Below are positions 39,539 through 50,262 of a stretch of DNA of 64,000 bases, piece by piece (within the stretch, counting starts at the first letter, position 1; each line of letters opens with the position of its first letter). A program made the translations under genes and the position numbers. This DNA is from Synechococcus sp. UW140 (lineage in GTDB: Bacteria; Cyanobacteriota; Cyanobacteriia; PCC-6307; Cyanobiaceae). The stretch is from the NCBI GenBank assembly GCA_943369245.1, contig CALRMN020000015.1, positions 916 to 64,915 of the forward strand. The letters are read 5' to 3'. The notes beneath the pieces were generated by a model, which did no database searches, had not been told where the DNA came from, and saw nothing but the letters and a program-made list of their open reading frames with translations.

Positions 39539-41110
39539 TCAGTCTGCCCGAGAATCGAGCGGCAGCAGGCGCAGACTGGCCTCGGCCAGCTGCAGCTCAA
39601 GGGTGATCACCCGGTGGCCCGGGCCCACGGGACCCAAGGGGCAGTCACCGGTGCCGGGGTTGACGGTCACCTGGGGCCAGGCCGAGGCCGCCAGCGACAG
39701 GCGCAACTGCTCCCCGGCCGCCAGGGTCGCCACCAGGGGCTGCAGGCTCAGCCGCCGCCGCTGACGGCGGCGGCAGTGGGGCCCCAGGGACCGGAGCACT
39801 CCGGTGCTCAGCTGCCAGACCCTCCCCTGGCGGATCACCGAAAGGGCCCCGCAGAGATCGAAACCGTCCTGGTCACAGCTGAGCTCCAGCTCCAGCTCCG
39901 GCCGCCCCGCCAGCTCCAGCGGACCGGCCAGGGGCGTGGCCGTGAAGCAGGCCACATCGGCGCGGGCGTCGAGATCGGTGCGGTCCACCAGACCGGCATC
40001 CAGGCCCAGATGGCCTCCCCGTCCGGGGGCGGGCCGCCAGGGATCGTGCACCAGCCAGACCGTGCCGGCTCCGTCCCCCTCGGCCACCAGCCGGCCCTCA
40101 CCGGCATCGATCGCGGCCAGCCCGTCGCTGCGCAGGGACCAGCGGTGCCGGTGGCCTGCGCCTTCGGCCAGGCTCCGCCAGGAGCCGGCTCCCAGATCCG
40201 CCAGCGACTCCCGGGGATGGGCCTCCAGGCCCTCCCGGTCGCGCAGGTGCCGGTCGAAGAAGGCCAGCTGCAGGCGGTCGAGGCCACCGGCCCAGTTCAG
40301 GTGGGTCCACGCGCCGATGCGCAGCCAGGGAGCACCACCGGCGGCATGGGCGCGGGCCCGCAGATCGAGCACTCCACTGAGGTGGGGGTCATGCCAGCCG
40401 CCCACCAGCAGCATCGGCCGGCGCAGCAGGCCCTCCGGCGGCTCATGGCGCCTCCAGCCGGCGGGACTGGCGGGATCCAGACGCAGCCAACCCAGACCCA
40501 TGCCCTCAGGATCGTGCTGCTGCAGCAGCGCCAGCCCCTCGCGCAGGACCGTGCCCCCCTCCAGGCTCAGGCGCAGGCGGCGCCAGGCGGCCTCGTCCCC
40601 GGCGCGACGCGCCGATTCGGCCGCCAGCTGCAGCGCCCAGCCCAGACCCAGGGCCCACCAGTGGGCTCCCCCTTCGCTGGCCCAGTGCAACCGTTCATCC
40701 AGGCCGGCCATCGCCGGAGCGAGGGCGTCGGGCAGCGGGCAGCCAGGGCTGAGCAGCAGCTGAGTGAGCCCCTGGTAGGAGAAGCCGTAGGTTCCGACCC
40801 GTCCGTTGACATAGGCCAGGCTGCGCACCCAGGCCAGGGCCACGGCGCCATCGGCGGCCTCCTGGGCAAAGCCCCTGAACTCCCCCGTGGAATCGCCCCG
40901 GCCACGCACGTCCTGCACCGCCACCGCATAGCCCTGGGCGGCATACCAGCGCGGATGGGCGTAGGTGACGCTGGAGGCGATGGCGCGCGCGTAGGGCTGG
41001 CGCATCAGCAGCAGGGGCCAGCGTCCCGTCCCAGTGGGTTTCCAGACCCTGGTGGCCAGCCTCGCGCCGTCGGGGCAAGGCATCCATTCCTCGAGAACCT
41101 CTGTGTCCAC
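39539..41110 (-). CDS. CocE/NonD family serine hydrolase
   Basis: DGARLATRVWKP, LLMRQPY, QDVRGRGDSTG, GTYGFSYQG nucleophile, GGWHDPH. Confidence 0.92.
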   Translation of the reverse strand: MDTEVLEEWMPCPDGARLATRVWKPTGTGRWPLLLMRQPYARAIASSVTYAHPRWYAAQGYAVAVQDVRGRGDSTGEFRGFAQEAADGAVALAWVRSLAYVNGRVGTYGFSYQGLTQLLLSPGCPLPDALAPAMAGLDERLHWASEGGAHWWALGLGWALQLAAESARRAGDEAAWRRLRLSLEGGTVLREGLALLQQHDPEGMGLGWLRLDPASPAGWRRHEPPEGLLRRPMLLVGGWHDPHLSGVLDLRARAHAAGGAPWLRIGAWTHLNWAGGLDRLQLAFFDRHLRDREGLEAHPRESLADLGAGSWRSLAEGAGHRHRWSLRSDGLAAIDAGEGRLVAEGDGAGTVWLVHDPWRPAPGRGGHLGLDAGLVDRTDLDARADVACFTATPLAGPLELAGRPELELELSCDQDGFDLCGALSVIRQGRVWQLSTGVLRSLGPHCRRRQRRRLSLQPLVATLAAGEQLRLSLAASAWPQVTVNPGTGDCPLGPVGPGHRVITLELQLAEASLRLLPLDSRAD

Positions 41111-41137
41111 GAGAACCTCGGTCTTCAGCGGAGCGGC

Positions 41138-41425
41138 TCAGCGCACGTCAGGACAGTGAAGCCCGACCACATAGGTGGTGAGAATCTCCGCGTCGGTGGA
41201 GTTCAGGCCCTGGCTGCGGGCCACCATGGCGATCGCCTCCGGGGAGTTGGAACTCACGCCGCGGCTGTTGAGCTGGCGCAGGTCCGCGCAGATGCGCTTG
41301 GCCAGCTGCGGGTTCTGCTTGACCGACTCCAGCAGCGGTGAGGCCGCCTGGAGGGGGGTGAAGGGCAGCCCGACGCCCAGGAGCACGGCCAGTGCCGTGA
41401 GGCTGAGAAGGGAGAGAACAGGCAA
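41138..41425 (-). CDS. Small exported hypothetical protein
   Basis: Signal peptide; AKRICADLRQLN...YVVGLHCPDV with two Cys. Confidence 0.7.
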   Translation of the reverse strand: MPVLSLLSLTALAVLLGVGLPFTPLQAASPLLESVKQNPQLAKRICADLRQLNSRGVSSNSPEAIAMVARSQGLNSTDAEILTTYVVGLHCPDVR

Positions 41426-41493
41426 GGACCGTCCACCGCAGGGAGGATCTGTCCATTTGAGGGTCTGGGCGAGACCGGTTGGAGCAGTCCTGG

Positions 41494-41883
41494 TCAGTTT
41501 GGTGGGCGACCGGTGGCCCGGCGCGCCGTGGCGATCCAGGCGCGCACCTGCGTGGAGTCGGGCGTGGCCACAGCGGATCCGGTCAGGGAGCGCTGCAGCC
41601 GGCCCAGCTGGCGCAGGAGCTGCTGGGGCGAGGCCTCGGCCAGCCCGGCGGAGCTGGCGATGCCCGCATACAACAGCAGGGCGGCCTGGTCCGGCTGCAG
41701 CCCCAGCTCACTGATCAGGCGGGCCTGGCCCCGCAGTCTGATCAGGCGCTGCTCCGAGGCGCCGCAGCGGGCCAGGCGCCTCAGAGCCAGATCGCTCTGG
41801 GCGGCCAGCGACGGCCAGTCCGTCAGACCCGCCTGGCTCAGCTGGCTCTGCTCGGCACGGAAGTGGGCGGGAAGGACAAGCAT
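41494..41883 (-). CDS. DUF4332 (helix-hairpin-helix-like) protein
   Basis: QAALLLYAGIAS..LAEASPQQL and VRAWI; TGATG overlap with ycf51. Confidence 0.75.
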   Translation of the reverse strand: MLVLPAHFRAEQSQLSQAGLTDWPSLAAQSDLALRRLARCGASEQRLIRLRGQARLISELGLQPDQAALLLYAGIASSAGLAEASPQQLLRQLGRLQRSLTGSAVATPDSTQVRAWIATARRATGRPPN

Positions 41884-42350
41884 CAACGCAGCACCTGCAC
41901 CGTGCCGTCACTGAGGCTGCGGGTGGCCTCCGCCAGCACCACCGGCCGGCTGACGCCGGCGCCGGCCGGCTCCACCCGCCTCAGGCGCACGTGCACCAGC
42001 CCATCGGCGCTGCTGCGGCCGCTGCCGCGCAGGTTGAGGGCCAGCTGCTCCACCGTGGGGCCGTAGGCGTCGGCTGAAAGATCGTCCGGGGCGGCGGCGA
42101 TCACCAGGTTGCTGCCGTTGTCGAACACCACCGGCACGGTCACAGCCCCCTCCACCTGGGTGCGGGGTGAGTAGCTGATGGCGAAGGCCAGACAGGACAG
42201 GGAGAGCAGGGCCGTGAAGCTCGTGACCCCGACCAGGCGGAAGCGGACTCCCCAGCCCAGCACGAAGCCCGCCACCATCAGCACCGCCAGGACACCACTG
42301 GCGGCCCCCAGCCAGAGCCCGGCTTTGAGCAACAGCGGATCAACGGGCAT
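41883..42350 (-). CDS. ycf51: Ycf51 (DUF2518) family protein
   Basis: WGVRFRLVGVTSFTALL, VPVVFDNG, NLRGSGR; ATG at 42350. Confidence 0.85.
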   Translation of the reverse strand: MPVDPLLLKAGLWLGAASGVLAVLMVAGFVLGWGVRFRLVGVTSFTALLSLSCLAFAISYSPRTQVEGAVTVPVVFDNGSNLVIAAAPDDLSADAYGPTVEQLALNLRGSGRSSADGLVHVRLRRVEPAGAGVSRPVVLAEATRSLSDGTVQVLR

Positions 42351-42418
42351 GGCGGCCAGGACGGAAGCGGAAACCCCTTTATATTGCGGCGTCCTCAGGC
42401 GGTGACAGCGACGAGCCG

Positions 42419-45400
42419 ATGGGGTCCCCGCCTTCGCCTGAAACGGGAACCCAGTCCCGGAGCCGTCGCCAGCGGCTACTGCTGGCCGCCACCCTGGGCG
42501 GTGGCGCAGGGCTGATCGCAGCCTGGTGGGGGACCGATCACCTGGCTCGCTGGGCCTACGAGAGCTGGCGGCCACAGCTGCAGCTGCTGATCGGCCGTGG
42601 GCTGGGGCACCCCGTCCAGCTCGGTCCCTATGAAGGGCTCAGGCCCTGGGGACTCAGCATCGGTCCCAGCCGCGTCCTCAGCGGTCCGGCCGACAGCTCC
42701 AACCTGCTCCTCGATGGGATCGGGGTGAACCTCGATCCCCTGGCCAGCCTGGTGGAGCGAGCCCCGGTGCTGGATCTGCGGCCCAGGGGAGCCCGGCTCA
42801 ACCTGATCCCCAACACCAGGGGGCAACTCTGGGTCTTCGGGCCGGCGGGCACCAGGAAGCCGCCAAGGCTGACCCTCAACGTGCTGCTGGAGAAGCCTGC
42901 CCGCCTGCAGCTGGGCTCCGGCGCTCTAGGTCTGAAGGTGCAGGGCCGGGCAGGTGTGAGGCTGCATCGCCGCAGCGTCGACTGGCGCGCCACCGCCAGA
43001 GCAGGCGCCGGCAGCGGCCGTGCCCTGGTGCGTGGCACGGCGGACTGGGGCAGCGGAGCCGTGAAGCTCGGCCTCGACCTGCGCCGCTGGGATCTGGCCC
43101 CCCTGGTGTCTCTGGTTCCCCGCGCCCGCCCCCCGCGCCGGCAGACGTTGAAGGGAACCGCCGACGGCCGTCTCGAACTCAGGCGGCGCCCCGGCAACAT
43201 CAGCTGCCGAGGCGCCTTGCGCCTGGGGGGAGTGGAGCTGCGGGATCCGCTGTTGCCGGCCCCGCTCCAGGCCAGACGCCTGGGCGTCGGTTGCCGCGGT
43301 CAGCAGATCCTGCTGGAGGGGGATCCCTGGCAGATGGCGAACTGGCGCGGAACGGTGCGCGGTTCCCTGGACCCCGGCAGCCGCTTCGACCTGCGGCTCA
43401 CGGCCAGCGACCCCCAGCGCGGCGACCGGCTGGGCCTGGGGATCAATGGCCCCTGGCGGCAGCCTCTGCTGGCGCTCGATGGCCATATCCCCCTGGGCAA
43501 GGGCACACCCGCCAGCCCCCAGCCGCTGAAGCTCAACGCCCTGATCCGCGCCGACTGGCGGCGTGGCCTCCAGTTGACGCTCGACAGTCTTCGCCTGCGC
43601 TCCGGCCGCTCCGGACTCACGGCCAATGGTCAGATCTGGCCGAGGCTCGACGTGCGCAGCCAGCAGCTGCGGCTGCACCCCTCCCTCTGGCAGCCGGCCG
43701 GAGCCACAGCCCAGGCGCTGCTGGGCCGTGACGCCTGGCTGGAGGGTGGCCTTCTCCTGGGTGGAACCGTGCGGCAGCCGACCCTCAGCGCCAGGGTCCT
43801 GCGTCAGGGGAGCACCCTGCTCACCGTGCAGGCCAGCGGTGGCCCCAACGGTCAACGGGGCGGGCCCCTCGGGCGCCTGCAGGCCAGGCTCACGGCCCCC
43901 TCCGGCATCCGGCTGACGGACACCCCATTGCTGGGGGCAGCCAGCGCCGACCTGGTCTGGTTCGAGGATCGCCTGCACCTGCGCCGCTTCGAGAGCCCGG
44001 AGCTCAGCGGCGATGGCAGCCTGCCCCTGCGCTGGCAGCGCCGGCGCGGCCTGGTGGCCGGTGATCTGGGCCTGAACCTGAACCTCAGGCCCTACGCCCT
44101 GGCGCGGCTCGGGCCCCTGGTGGGCAGCACGCTCCAGGGGGAGCTCAGCGCCCGAGGCACGCTCAGTGGCCCCCTGGCGGCCCTGCGCCCGGACTTCTGG
44201 CTGTCGGTGCGTCAGCCCGGTGGCGGCCCCCTGCAACTCCAGGAAACCTGGGAAGGGCGGCTCACCGCCCGGGGCGGCGGCGGCGGCGACCTGACCCTGA
44301 CGGCGCTGGCACCGGCCCAGCAGGGGAGCCTCAAGGCCCGGCTGAACCGGTCCTGGCTCCCCACCGAGGTGGAACTGCGGCGCCAACGGGGGGTGCTGAG
44401 CCTGACGGGCGATGCGCGCCGCTACCACTGGCAGGCGAGACGCTTCCCCATCGGGGGACTGCGCCTCGCCGTTGGTGGTGCCTCCAGGCCCAGGGCCCTC
44501 GACGGCCTGCTCAGCGGCAAGGGAATTCTCGATCTGCAGCCCCTGGCGATGGAGGGCAGCGTGGAGGTCGACCGTCCCCTGCTGCTGGGGGTCCGAGGCC
44601 AGCGGCTCACGGCCTCGGGCCGCTTCGCAGCTGGCCAGTTCCGCTTCAACGGGGAGCTCATGCCCCTGGCCGGCGGAACCGTGGCCCTCAGCGGCGATGG
44701 CGTACGCAAGGGCCGCCTGCGCAGCCGCCTCGAGGGGCGGGGATTGCCGCTGCAGCTGTTCCAGGAGCTGGCCGAGGCGCTGACGATCTGGAGGGGCGAC
44801 ACACCACTGCCCAGGGGACGGGCCAGCGACCTGGGCACCCTCGTGGTCGACACCCTGGGCGGAACGATCGACGGCCAGCTCCGGGCCCTGCGAGCGGCGC
44901 AGGAACGGCTGGCGGACCTCCGACCCACGACGACCGCCGGATCACGGGTGCAGCTCGCGGACCTGCGCGGTCTGGTGGATCTGGACATCAGCCTGGCCGG
45001 ACCCGATCTGGAGCGCCTCAGGCTGGATGCGGGCGCCAAGGGCCACCTCTGGCTGCGGGCCGACGACCGCGACGAGGCCCTGCGGCTGGAGCCGTTCCAG
45101 GTGCGCCTGGCCGGTCCGATCCGGGGCGGAAAGGGACACTTCAGTCTCGAGAACCTGCCTCTGGCGCTGCTGGCCCTGGCCACGCCGGTGCCCAGAAGCC
45201 TGCGGGGGGGACTGAACCTGGAGGGCAGCTATCAGCTGGCCTCGCCCGGCCATGAGCCCGCGTTCCGCACCAGCCTCAGCCTGAGCGACGCCAGCCTGAA
45301 CGGGATCCCGCTGCGTCTCGAAGACACCAGCGTGAGCCTGGAGGGCAAGACCCTGGCTCTGTCGGCCTCCCTCAGCAGCCAAGGGGCCGACAGCCGTGTC

Positions 45401-46963
45401 GATCTGAGCGGCAGCGTCCCCCTCGATCCCGGCCAGGAGGGCCTGAAGCTGCGCCTCTCCAGCCGCGGTGACGGCCTGCGCTTCATCAGCACCCTGGTGG
45501 GACGTGGGCTCGACTGGCGCAAAGGCAGTGCCGATCTGGAGCTGCTGATGCGGGGCAGCCTGCTCAAGCCGCTGGCGAACGGCTTCCTGCGCTTCCGCGA
45601 TGGCGAGCTGGTGGTGGCCGGTCAGGAGATCAGGGACCTCCAGGCCACGGTGCTCTTCGATTTCGAGGAACTGCTGGTGCAGGAGTTCAAGGCGCGCATG
45701 GGCAGCACGGGCGAACTCGATGGCCGGGGCGGCCTCGGCCTGTTCCGCGACATTCCCCAGCGCCAACCCCTCAACCTCACGGTCAAGACCGCCCGGATCA
45801 GCGCGCCCCGCCTCAACGCCCTCACCGACGGCACCCTGGCCCTGCGCGGCAGCCTGCTGCGACCGCTGCTCAGCGGCGAGCTGAGCCTGAGCAAGGGCAC
45901 GATCAACGGTCAGCCGGGCACCCTGGCCCAGGAGGACGACAAGGGCGTCCTCAAGCCCAAACCGGCCCGGCGCCTGGTGGAGGAGTCGTGGAACTTCGAG
46001 AAACCGCTCGTGCTGCTCGGGCCGGAGGTGGAGAGCGACACGGCCCTGTCCCTGCGCGACTCGGTCCCGCGGGTGCCTCTGCTGCGCCTGAACAACCTGC
46101 GCCTCAGCCTCGGCCCCGATCTCGAGGTGGTGGTGCCTCCCGTGGCCAGCTTCAAGACGGGTGGCACCCTCACCCTCAACGGCCGCATCGACCCCAGCCT
46201 CAGCGCCAGCGGCGTGGTCCGGCTGCGCGGTGGCCGTCTGAGCCTGTTCACCACCAATTTCACCCTCGATCCCGACGCTCCCAACGTGGCGGTGTTCACC
46301 CCGAGCCTCGGCCTGGTCCCCTACGTGGACATCGCCCTGCGCACCCGGGTCTCGGACACGCTCAGCGTGGGGCGGAGCGGTGGAGGAATCAACGACTTCG
46401 ACCTTCGGGGCGGTTACACCCCGCTGGATCAGCTCAACCTGGTGAAGGTGGTGGTGACCGTGAGTGGACCGGCCGACCGGATCGCCGAATCGCTCACGAT
46501 CCGCAGCTCCCCTCCCCTGCCGGAAGAGCGGCTGGTGGCCCTGATCGGCGGCAATTCCCTGGCCGGCCTCAGCGGCGGCAACGCCACGACGGCCCTGGCC
46601 ACGGTCTTCGGACAGTCGCTGCTCTCGCCCCTGGTGGGAACCCTGAGCAACGCCTTCGGCCAGCGCGTCAGTTTCTCGATCTTTCCCACCTTCTTCTCCC
46701 CCTCCACCCAGGAGGTGGGCAACAACGCCTCCGGCTCCCGGCAGGAGTCACGCCGCGCCCCGGCCCAGCTGGTGCTCGGTTCGGAGCTGGGCCTCGACAT
46801 CACCGAACGCTTCAACTTCTCGGTGCTGGCGGCACCGAACCGCACCGACATCCCCCCCCAGCTCACCCTGCGCTACCAGGCCAATGACACCCTGGGCCTG
46901 CAGGGATCCTTCGACACCGAAGGGCGCTGGCAGGGCCAGCTGCAGTTGTTCTTCCGCTTCTGA
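42419..46963 (+). CDS. tamB: Translocation/assembly module TamB (DUF490) protein
   Basis: 1514 aa, N-terminal TM anchor, beta-taco-like Gly-rich strands, C-terminal SSPPLPEERLVALIGG...LQLFFRF. Confidence 0.88.
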   Translation: MGSPPSPETGTQSRSRRQRLLLAATLGGGAGLIAAWWGTDHLARWAYESWRPQLQLLIGRGLGHPVQLGPYEGLRPWGLSIGPSRVLSGPADSSNLLLDGIGVNLDPLASLVERAPVLDLRPRGARLNLIPNTRGQLWVFGPAGTRKPPRLTLNVLLEKPARLQLGSGALGLKVQGRAGVRLHRRSVDWRATARAGAGSGRALVRGTADWGSGAVKLGLDLRRWDLAPLVSLVPRARPPRRQTLKGTADGRLELRRRPGNISCRGALRLGGVELRDPLLPAPLQARRLGVGCRGQQILLEGDPWQMANWRGTVRGSLDPGSRFDLRLTASDPQRGDRLGLGINGPWRQPLLALDGHIPLGKGTPASPQPLKLNALIRADWRRGLQLTLDSLRLRSGRSGLTANGQIWPRLDVRSQQLRLHPSLWQPAGATAQALLGRDAWLEGGLLLGGTVRQPTLSARVLRQGSTLLTVQASGGPNGQRGGPLGRLQARLTAPSGIRLTDTPLLGAASADLVWFEDRLHLRRFESPELSGDGSLPLRWQRRRGLVAGDLGLNLNLRPYALARLGPLVGSTLQGELSARGTLSGPLAALRPDFWLSVRQPGGGPLQLQETWEGRLTARGGGGGDLTLTALAPAQQGSLKARLNRSWLPTEVELRRQRGVLSLTGDARRYHWQARRFPIGGLRLAVGGASRPRALDGLLSGKGILDLQPLAMEGSVEVDRPLLLGVRGQRLTASGRFAAGQFRFNGELMPLAGGTVALSGDGVRKGRLRSRLEGRGLPLQLFQELAEALTIWRGDTPLPRGRASDLGTLVVDTLGGTIDGQLRALRAAQERLADLRPTTTAGSRVQLADLRGLVDLDISLAGPDLERLRLDAGAKGHLWLRADDRDEALRLEPFQVRLAGPIRGGKGHFSLENLPLALLALATPVPRSLRGGLNLEGSYQLASPGHEPAFRTSLSLSDASLNGIPLRLEDTSVSLEGKTLALSASLSSQGADSRVDLSGSVPLDPGQEGLKLRLSSRGDGLRFISTLVGRGLDWRKGSADLELLMRGSLLKPLANGFLRFRDGELVVAGQEIRDLQATVLFDFEELLVQEFKARMGSTGELDGRGGLGLFRDIPQRQPLNLTVKTARISAPRLNALTDGTLALRGSLLRPLLSGELSLSKGTINGQPGTLAQEDDKGVLKPKPARRLVEESWNFEKPLVLLGPEVESDTALSLRDSVPRVPLLRLNNLRLSLGPDLEVVVPPVASFKTGGTLTLNGRIDPSLSASGVVRLRGGRLSLFTTNFTLDPDAPNVAVFTPSLGLVPYVDIALRTRVSDTLSVGRSGGGINDFDLRGGYTPLDQLNLVKVVVTVSGPADRIAESLTIRSSPPLPEERLVALIGGNSLAGLSGGNATTALATVFGQSLLSPLVGTLSNAFGQRVSFSIFPTFFSPSTQEVGNNASGSRQESRRAPAQLVLGSELGLDITERFNFSVLAAPNRTDIPPQLTLRYQANDTLGLQGSFDTEGRWQGQLQLFFRF

Positions 46964-46979
46964 GAGGCCCCGCTTGACG

Positions 46980-47864
46980 ATGGAACTGATCGGCGTGGAT
47001 CTCGGGGGCACCGCCATCAAGCTCGGCCGCTTCGATGCCAGCGGAGCCTGCCTGGCCGAACTGGAGTGTCCCACCCCCCACCCCGCCCTGCCCGGTGCGG
47101 TGTGCACGGCGCTGGTGGAGGCGATCACGGCGGTGGATCCCGGGCGCCGGGCCGCTCGGGTGGGAATCGGGCTGCCCGGACCGATGGACCGCGACGGCCG
47201 GGTGGCGAGGGTGTCGATCAACCTGCCCGGCTGGCACGATGTCCCCCTGGCCGACTGGCTGGAGCCCCAGCTGGGGCGGCGGGTGATCCTGGGCAACGAC
47301 GCCAACTGCGCCCTGCTGGGGGAGGCCTGGCTGGGGGCGGCCCGCGGAAGGTCCGACGTGCTGCTGCTCACCCTGGGCACGGGCGTCGGTGGGGCCGCGC
47401 TGCTGGGGGGCCGTCTGTTCACGGGACGCGACGGGGCGGCGATCGAGCCCGGCCTGATCGGTGTGGATCCGGAAGGTCCCCCCTGCCACAGCGGCAACCG
47501 GGGCTCGCTGGAGCAGTACTGCAGCATCACCGGGCTGGGCCGCCTCAGCCCCCTGGATCCCGCCGAGCTCGACCGCCGCGCCAGCGCCGGCGATGCCGAG
47601 GCCCTGGCTGTGTGGGCCCGCTACGGCCGCTGGCTGGGGATCGGCCTGAGTTCACTGCTCTATGTGCTGACCCCTGAACTGGTGCTGATCGGCGGTGGTC
47701 TCAGCGCCGCCAGTGATCACTTCCTGCCGGCGGTGTGGCGGGAGGTGGAGGAGCGGGTGCTGCCGGTGAGCCGCCGGGGACTGGAGATCCGCCGCTGCGC
47801 CCTGGGCAACGGCGCCGGGCGGCTGGGGGCGGTGCGGCTGGCCCTCGAGTCCCTGCCGGCCTGA
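46980..47864 (+). CDS. ROK family sugar kinase
   Basis: [42 protein letters not shown]. Confidence 0.93.
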   Translation: MELIGVDLGGTAIKLGRFDASGACLAELECPTPHPALPGAVCTALVEAITAVDPGRRAARVGIGLPGPMDRDGRVARVSINLPGWHDVPLADWLEPQLGRRVILGNDANCALLGEAWLGAARGRSDVLLLTLGTGVGGAALLGGRLFTGRDGAAIEPGLIGVDPEGPPCHSGNRGSLEQYCSITGLGRLSPLDPAELDRRASAGDAEALAVWARYGRWLGIGLSSLLYVLTPELVLIGGGLSAASDHFLPAVWREVEERVLPVSRRGLEIRRCALGNGAGRLGAVRLALESLPA

Positions 47865-47896
47865 GTCGCTGCCGCTGCGGCTGGAATGATGGACCG

Positions 47897-49216
47897 ATGG
47901 CTTTCCCCCCGTCCGGAGTCCCCGACCCCAGCCCCGAGCTGCTCATCCGCGCCGCCTCCGTGCGCCGGGCCGCCATGGCCCTGGGCCAATGCAGCGATGA
48001 CCAGCGGCAGCAGGCGCTGCTGGCGATGGCCCAGGCCCTGGGGCGCTCGGCCGAGGCGATCGCGGCTGCCAACAGGGCCGATCTGGAGGCGGCGGCTGAT
48101 GATCAGCTGCCGCCGGCCCTGGTCGCCCGGCTGAAGCTCGACGGCGCCAAGCTCAGTGGAGCGATCGAAGGAGTGCGGCAGCTGGCGGCGCTGCCGGATC
48201 CGGTCGGGCGTCGCCAGCTGCACACCGAACTCGATGCCGGCCTGGTGCTGGAGCGGGTCACCGTGCCCCTGGGGGTGGTGGGGGTGATTTTCGAGGCACG
48301 CCCCGACGCGCTGATCCAGATCGCTGCGCTGGCGATCCGCTCCGGCAACGGCGCCCTGCTCAAGGGGGGCCGCGAAGCCAGCCGCAGCTGCGCAGCGATC
48401 TTCGCGGCCCTGCAGGAGGGTCTGGCGGCGAGCGCGGTGGATCCGGAGGCCCTCGCCCTGCTCACCACCCGCCAGGAGAGCCTGGGGATGCTGCGGCTCG
48501 ACGGCCTGGTGGATCTGATCATCCCCAGGGGCTCGAACGACCTGGTGCGCTTCATCCAGGACAACACCCGCATCCCCGTGCTCGGCCACGCCGACGGGGT
48601 CTGTCATCTGTTCCTGGACCGCTCGCTGAATCTGGAGCAGGCCCTGCGCATCGCCATCGACAGCAAGACGCAGTATCCAGCCGCCTGCAATGCGATCGAG
48701 ACCCTCCTGTTGCACGAGGAGGTGGCCGATCGGGTCCTGCCGGCGGTCATCAGTGCCTTCCAGGCCGAAGCTGTGGAACTGCGGGGCTGTCCCCGCGCCT
48801 GCTCCCTCGGGGTGGCCCGTGCCGCCAGCGACGACGACTGGGGCCGGGAATTCTCCGACCGCATCCTGGCGGTGAAGGTGGTTCAAAGCCTGGAGGAGGC
48901 CCTGGAGCACATCGCCCGTCACGGCTCCCGCCACACGGACGCCATCTGCACCACCGATCCCGAGGCGGCCGGGCGCTTCCTCTCGGCGGTCGACAGCGCC
49001 GGGGTGTACCTCAACTGCTCCACCCGTTTCGCCGATGGCTTCCGCTACGGCTTCGGGGCCGAGGTGGGCATCAGCACCCAGACCCTTCCCCCGCGGGGGC
49101 CGGTGGGGCTGGAGGGGCTGGTCACCTACCGCTACCGCCTGCGCGGCGAGGGCCACATCGCCGCCGACTACGCCAGTGGCCTGCGCCGCTTCAGCCACCG
49201 CTCCCTGCCCCTCTGA
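47897..49216 (+). CDS. proA: Gamma-glutamyl phosphate reductase
   Basis: [59 protein letters not shown]. Confidence 0.97.
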   Translation: MAFPPSGVPDPSPELLIRAASVRRAAMALGQCSDDQRQQALLAMAQALGRSAEAIAAANRADLEAAADDQLPPALVARLKLDGAKLSGAIEGVRQLAALPDPVGRRQLHTELDAGLVLERVTVPLGVVGVIFEARPDALIQIAALAIRSGNGALLKGGREASRSCAAIFAALQEGLAASAVDPEALALLTTRQESLGMLRLDGLVDLIIPRGSNDLVRFIQDNTRIPVLGHADGVCHLFLDRSLNLEQALRIAIDSKTQYPAACNAIETLLLHEEVADRVLPAVISAFQAEAVELRGCPRACSLGVARAASDDDWGREFSDRILAVKVVQSLEEALEHIARHGSRHTDAICTTDPEAAGRFLSAVDSAGVYLNCSTRFADGFRYGFGAEVGISTQTLPPRGPVGLEGLVTYRYRLRGEGHIAADYASGLRRFSHRSLPL

Positions 49217-49223
49217 AACGCCC

Positions 49224-49646
49224 ATGGCGGATCCGGCCAGCCCACTGCCTGCCGCACGGCCTCCTGCACGGCCCGGCCTTGACGCGATCCATCTGCGCGC
49301 CCTGCGGCTGTGGGCCCATGTGGGGGTACTGGAGCGGGAGCGGGAGCTGGGCCAGTGGTTCGAGCTCTCCCTCAGCCTCTGGCACGATCTGGGCCCCGCC
49401 GGCCGCAGTGATGATCTGGGCGACAGCCTCGATTACAGCCTGGCGATCCGGGCGCTGCAGGAACAGGCACGCACGATCCGCTGCCTCACCCTGGAGCACT
49501 ACGCCGAGCGGATGATGGACTGCATCGAGCAGCTCTACGGCCCCGTCACCCAGCGCCTGATCCTGGGCAAATGCGCCGCCCCCGTGCCCGGCTTCAGCGG
49601 TCTGGTGCAGGTGGAACGCTGGCGTCATGGGGCCCCGGCCAACTGA
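49224..49646 (+). CDS. folB: Dihydroneopterin aldolase
   Basis: WAHVGVLERERELGQWF, DDLGDSLDY, TLEH. Confidence 0.88.
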   Translation: MADPASPLPAARPPARPGLDAIHLRALRLWAHVGVLERERELGQWFELSLSLWHDLGPAGRSDDLGDSLDYSLAIRALQEQARTIRCLTLEHYAERMMDCIEQLYGPVTQRLILGKCAAPVPGFSGLVQVERWRHGAPAN

Positions 49647-49650
49647 AGCG

Positions 49651-50244
49651 ATGCCCCCCCCTCCCCTGGTGCTGGTGCATGGGCTGTGGGATTCGCCCCG
49701 CCTATTCCGGCGCCTGGAGCAGCGCCTGGCGGGAGCCCGCGACCCGTTGCTGGTTCCCCACCTCATCCACCGCCTCGGCGCCACCCCCCTGCTGGACCTG
49801 GCCGAGCGGCTGGGACAAGCCATCGAGAGCCGGTTCGGAGCGGAGGAGCCGATCGATCTGCTCGGGTTCTCGATGGGCGGGGTGATCGCCCGCTGCTGGC
49901 TGCAGCTGCTGGGGGGAGAGGAGCGCACCCGCCGTTTCATCAGCGTGGCCAGCCCTCAGCAGGGCACGATCACGGCCCAGCCCTGGCCGGCGTTTCTGCT
50001 GGGAGGCATCGCCGACATGAAACCGGGCAGCTCACTGCTGCGCCGGCTCAATGAGGAGCCCCATGCCCTGGCGAGGGTGGACTGCCTGAGCTTCTACACA
50101 CCAACCGACCAGGTGGTGGTGCCGGGCTGGAAGGCGGTGCTGCCCTTCGGCCCGGCCAGGCCCCTGCCCGTGTGGCTGCACCAGAACGTGCTCAGCGCGC
50201 CGGCGTCGCTGGAGGTGCTGCGTCGGGAGCTGCTGCGACCCTGA
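49651..50244 (+). CDS. Alpha/beta-fold lipase/esterase
   Basis: LVLVHGLWD, GFSMGG nucleophile elbow, ASPQQGT. Confidence 0.88.
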   Translation: MPPPPLVLVHGLWDSPRLFRRLEQRLAGARDPLLVPHLIHRLGATPLLDLAERLGQAIESRFGAEEPIDLLGFSMGGVIARCWLQLLGGEERTRRFISVASPQQGTITAQPWPAFLLGGIADMKPGSSLLRRLNEEPHALARVDCLSFYTPTDQVVVPGWKAVLPFGPARPLPVWLHQNVLSAPASLEVLRRELLRP

Positions 50245-50262
50245 GCGCCAGGGCGGCTCGCG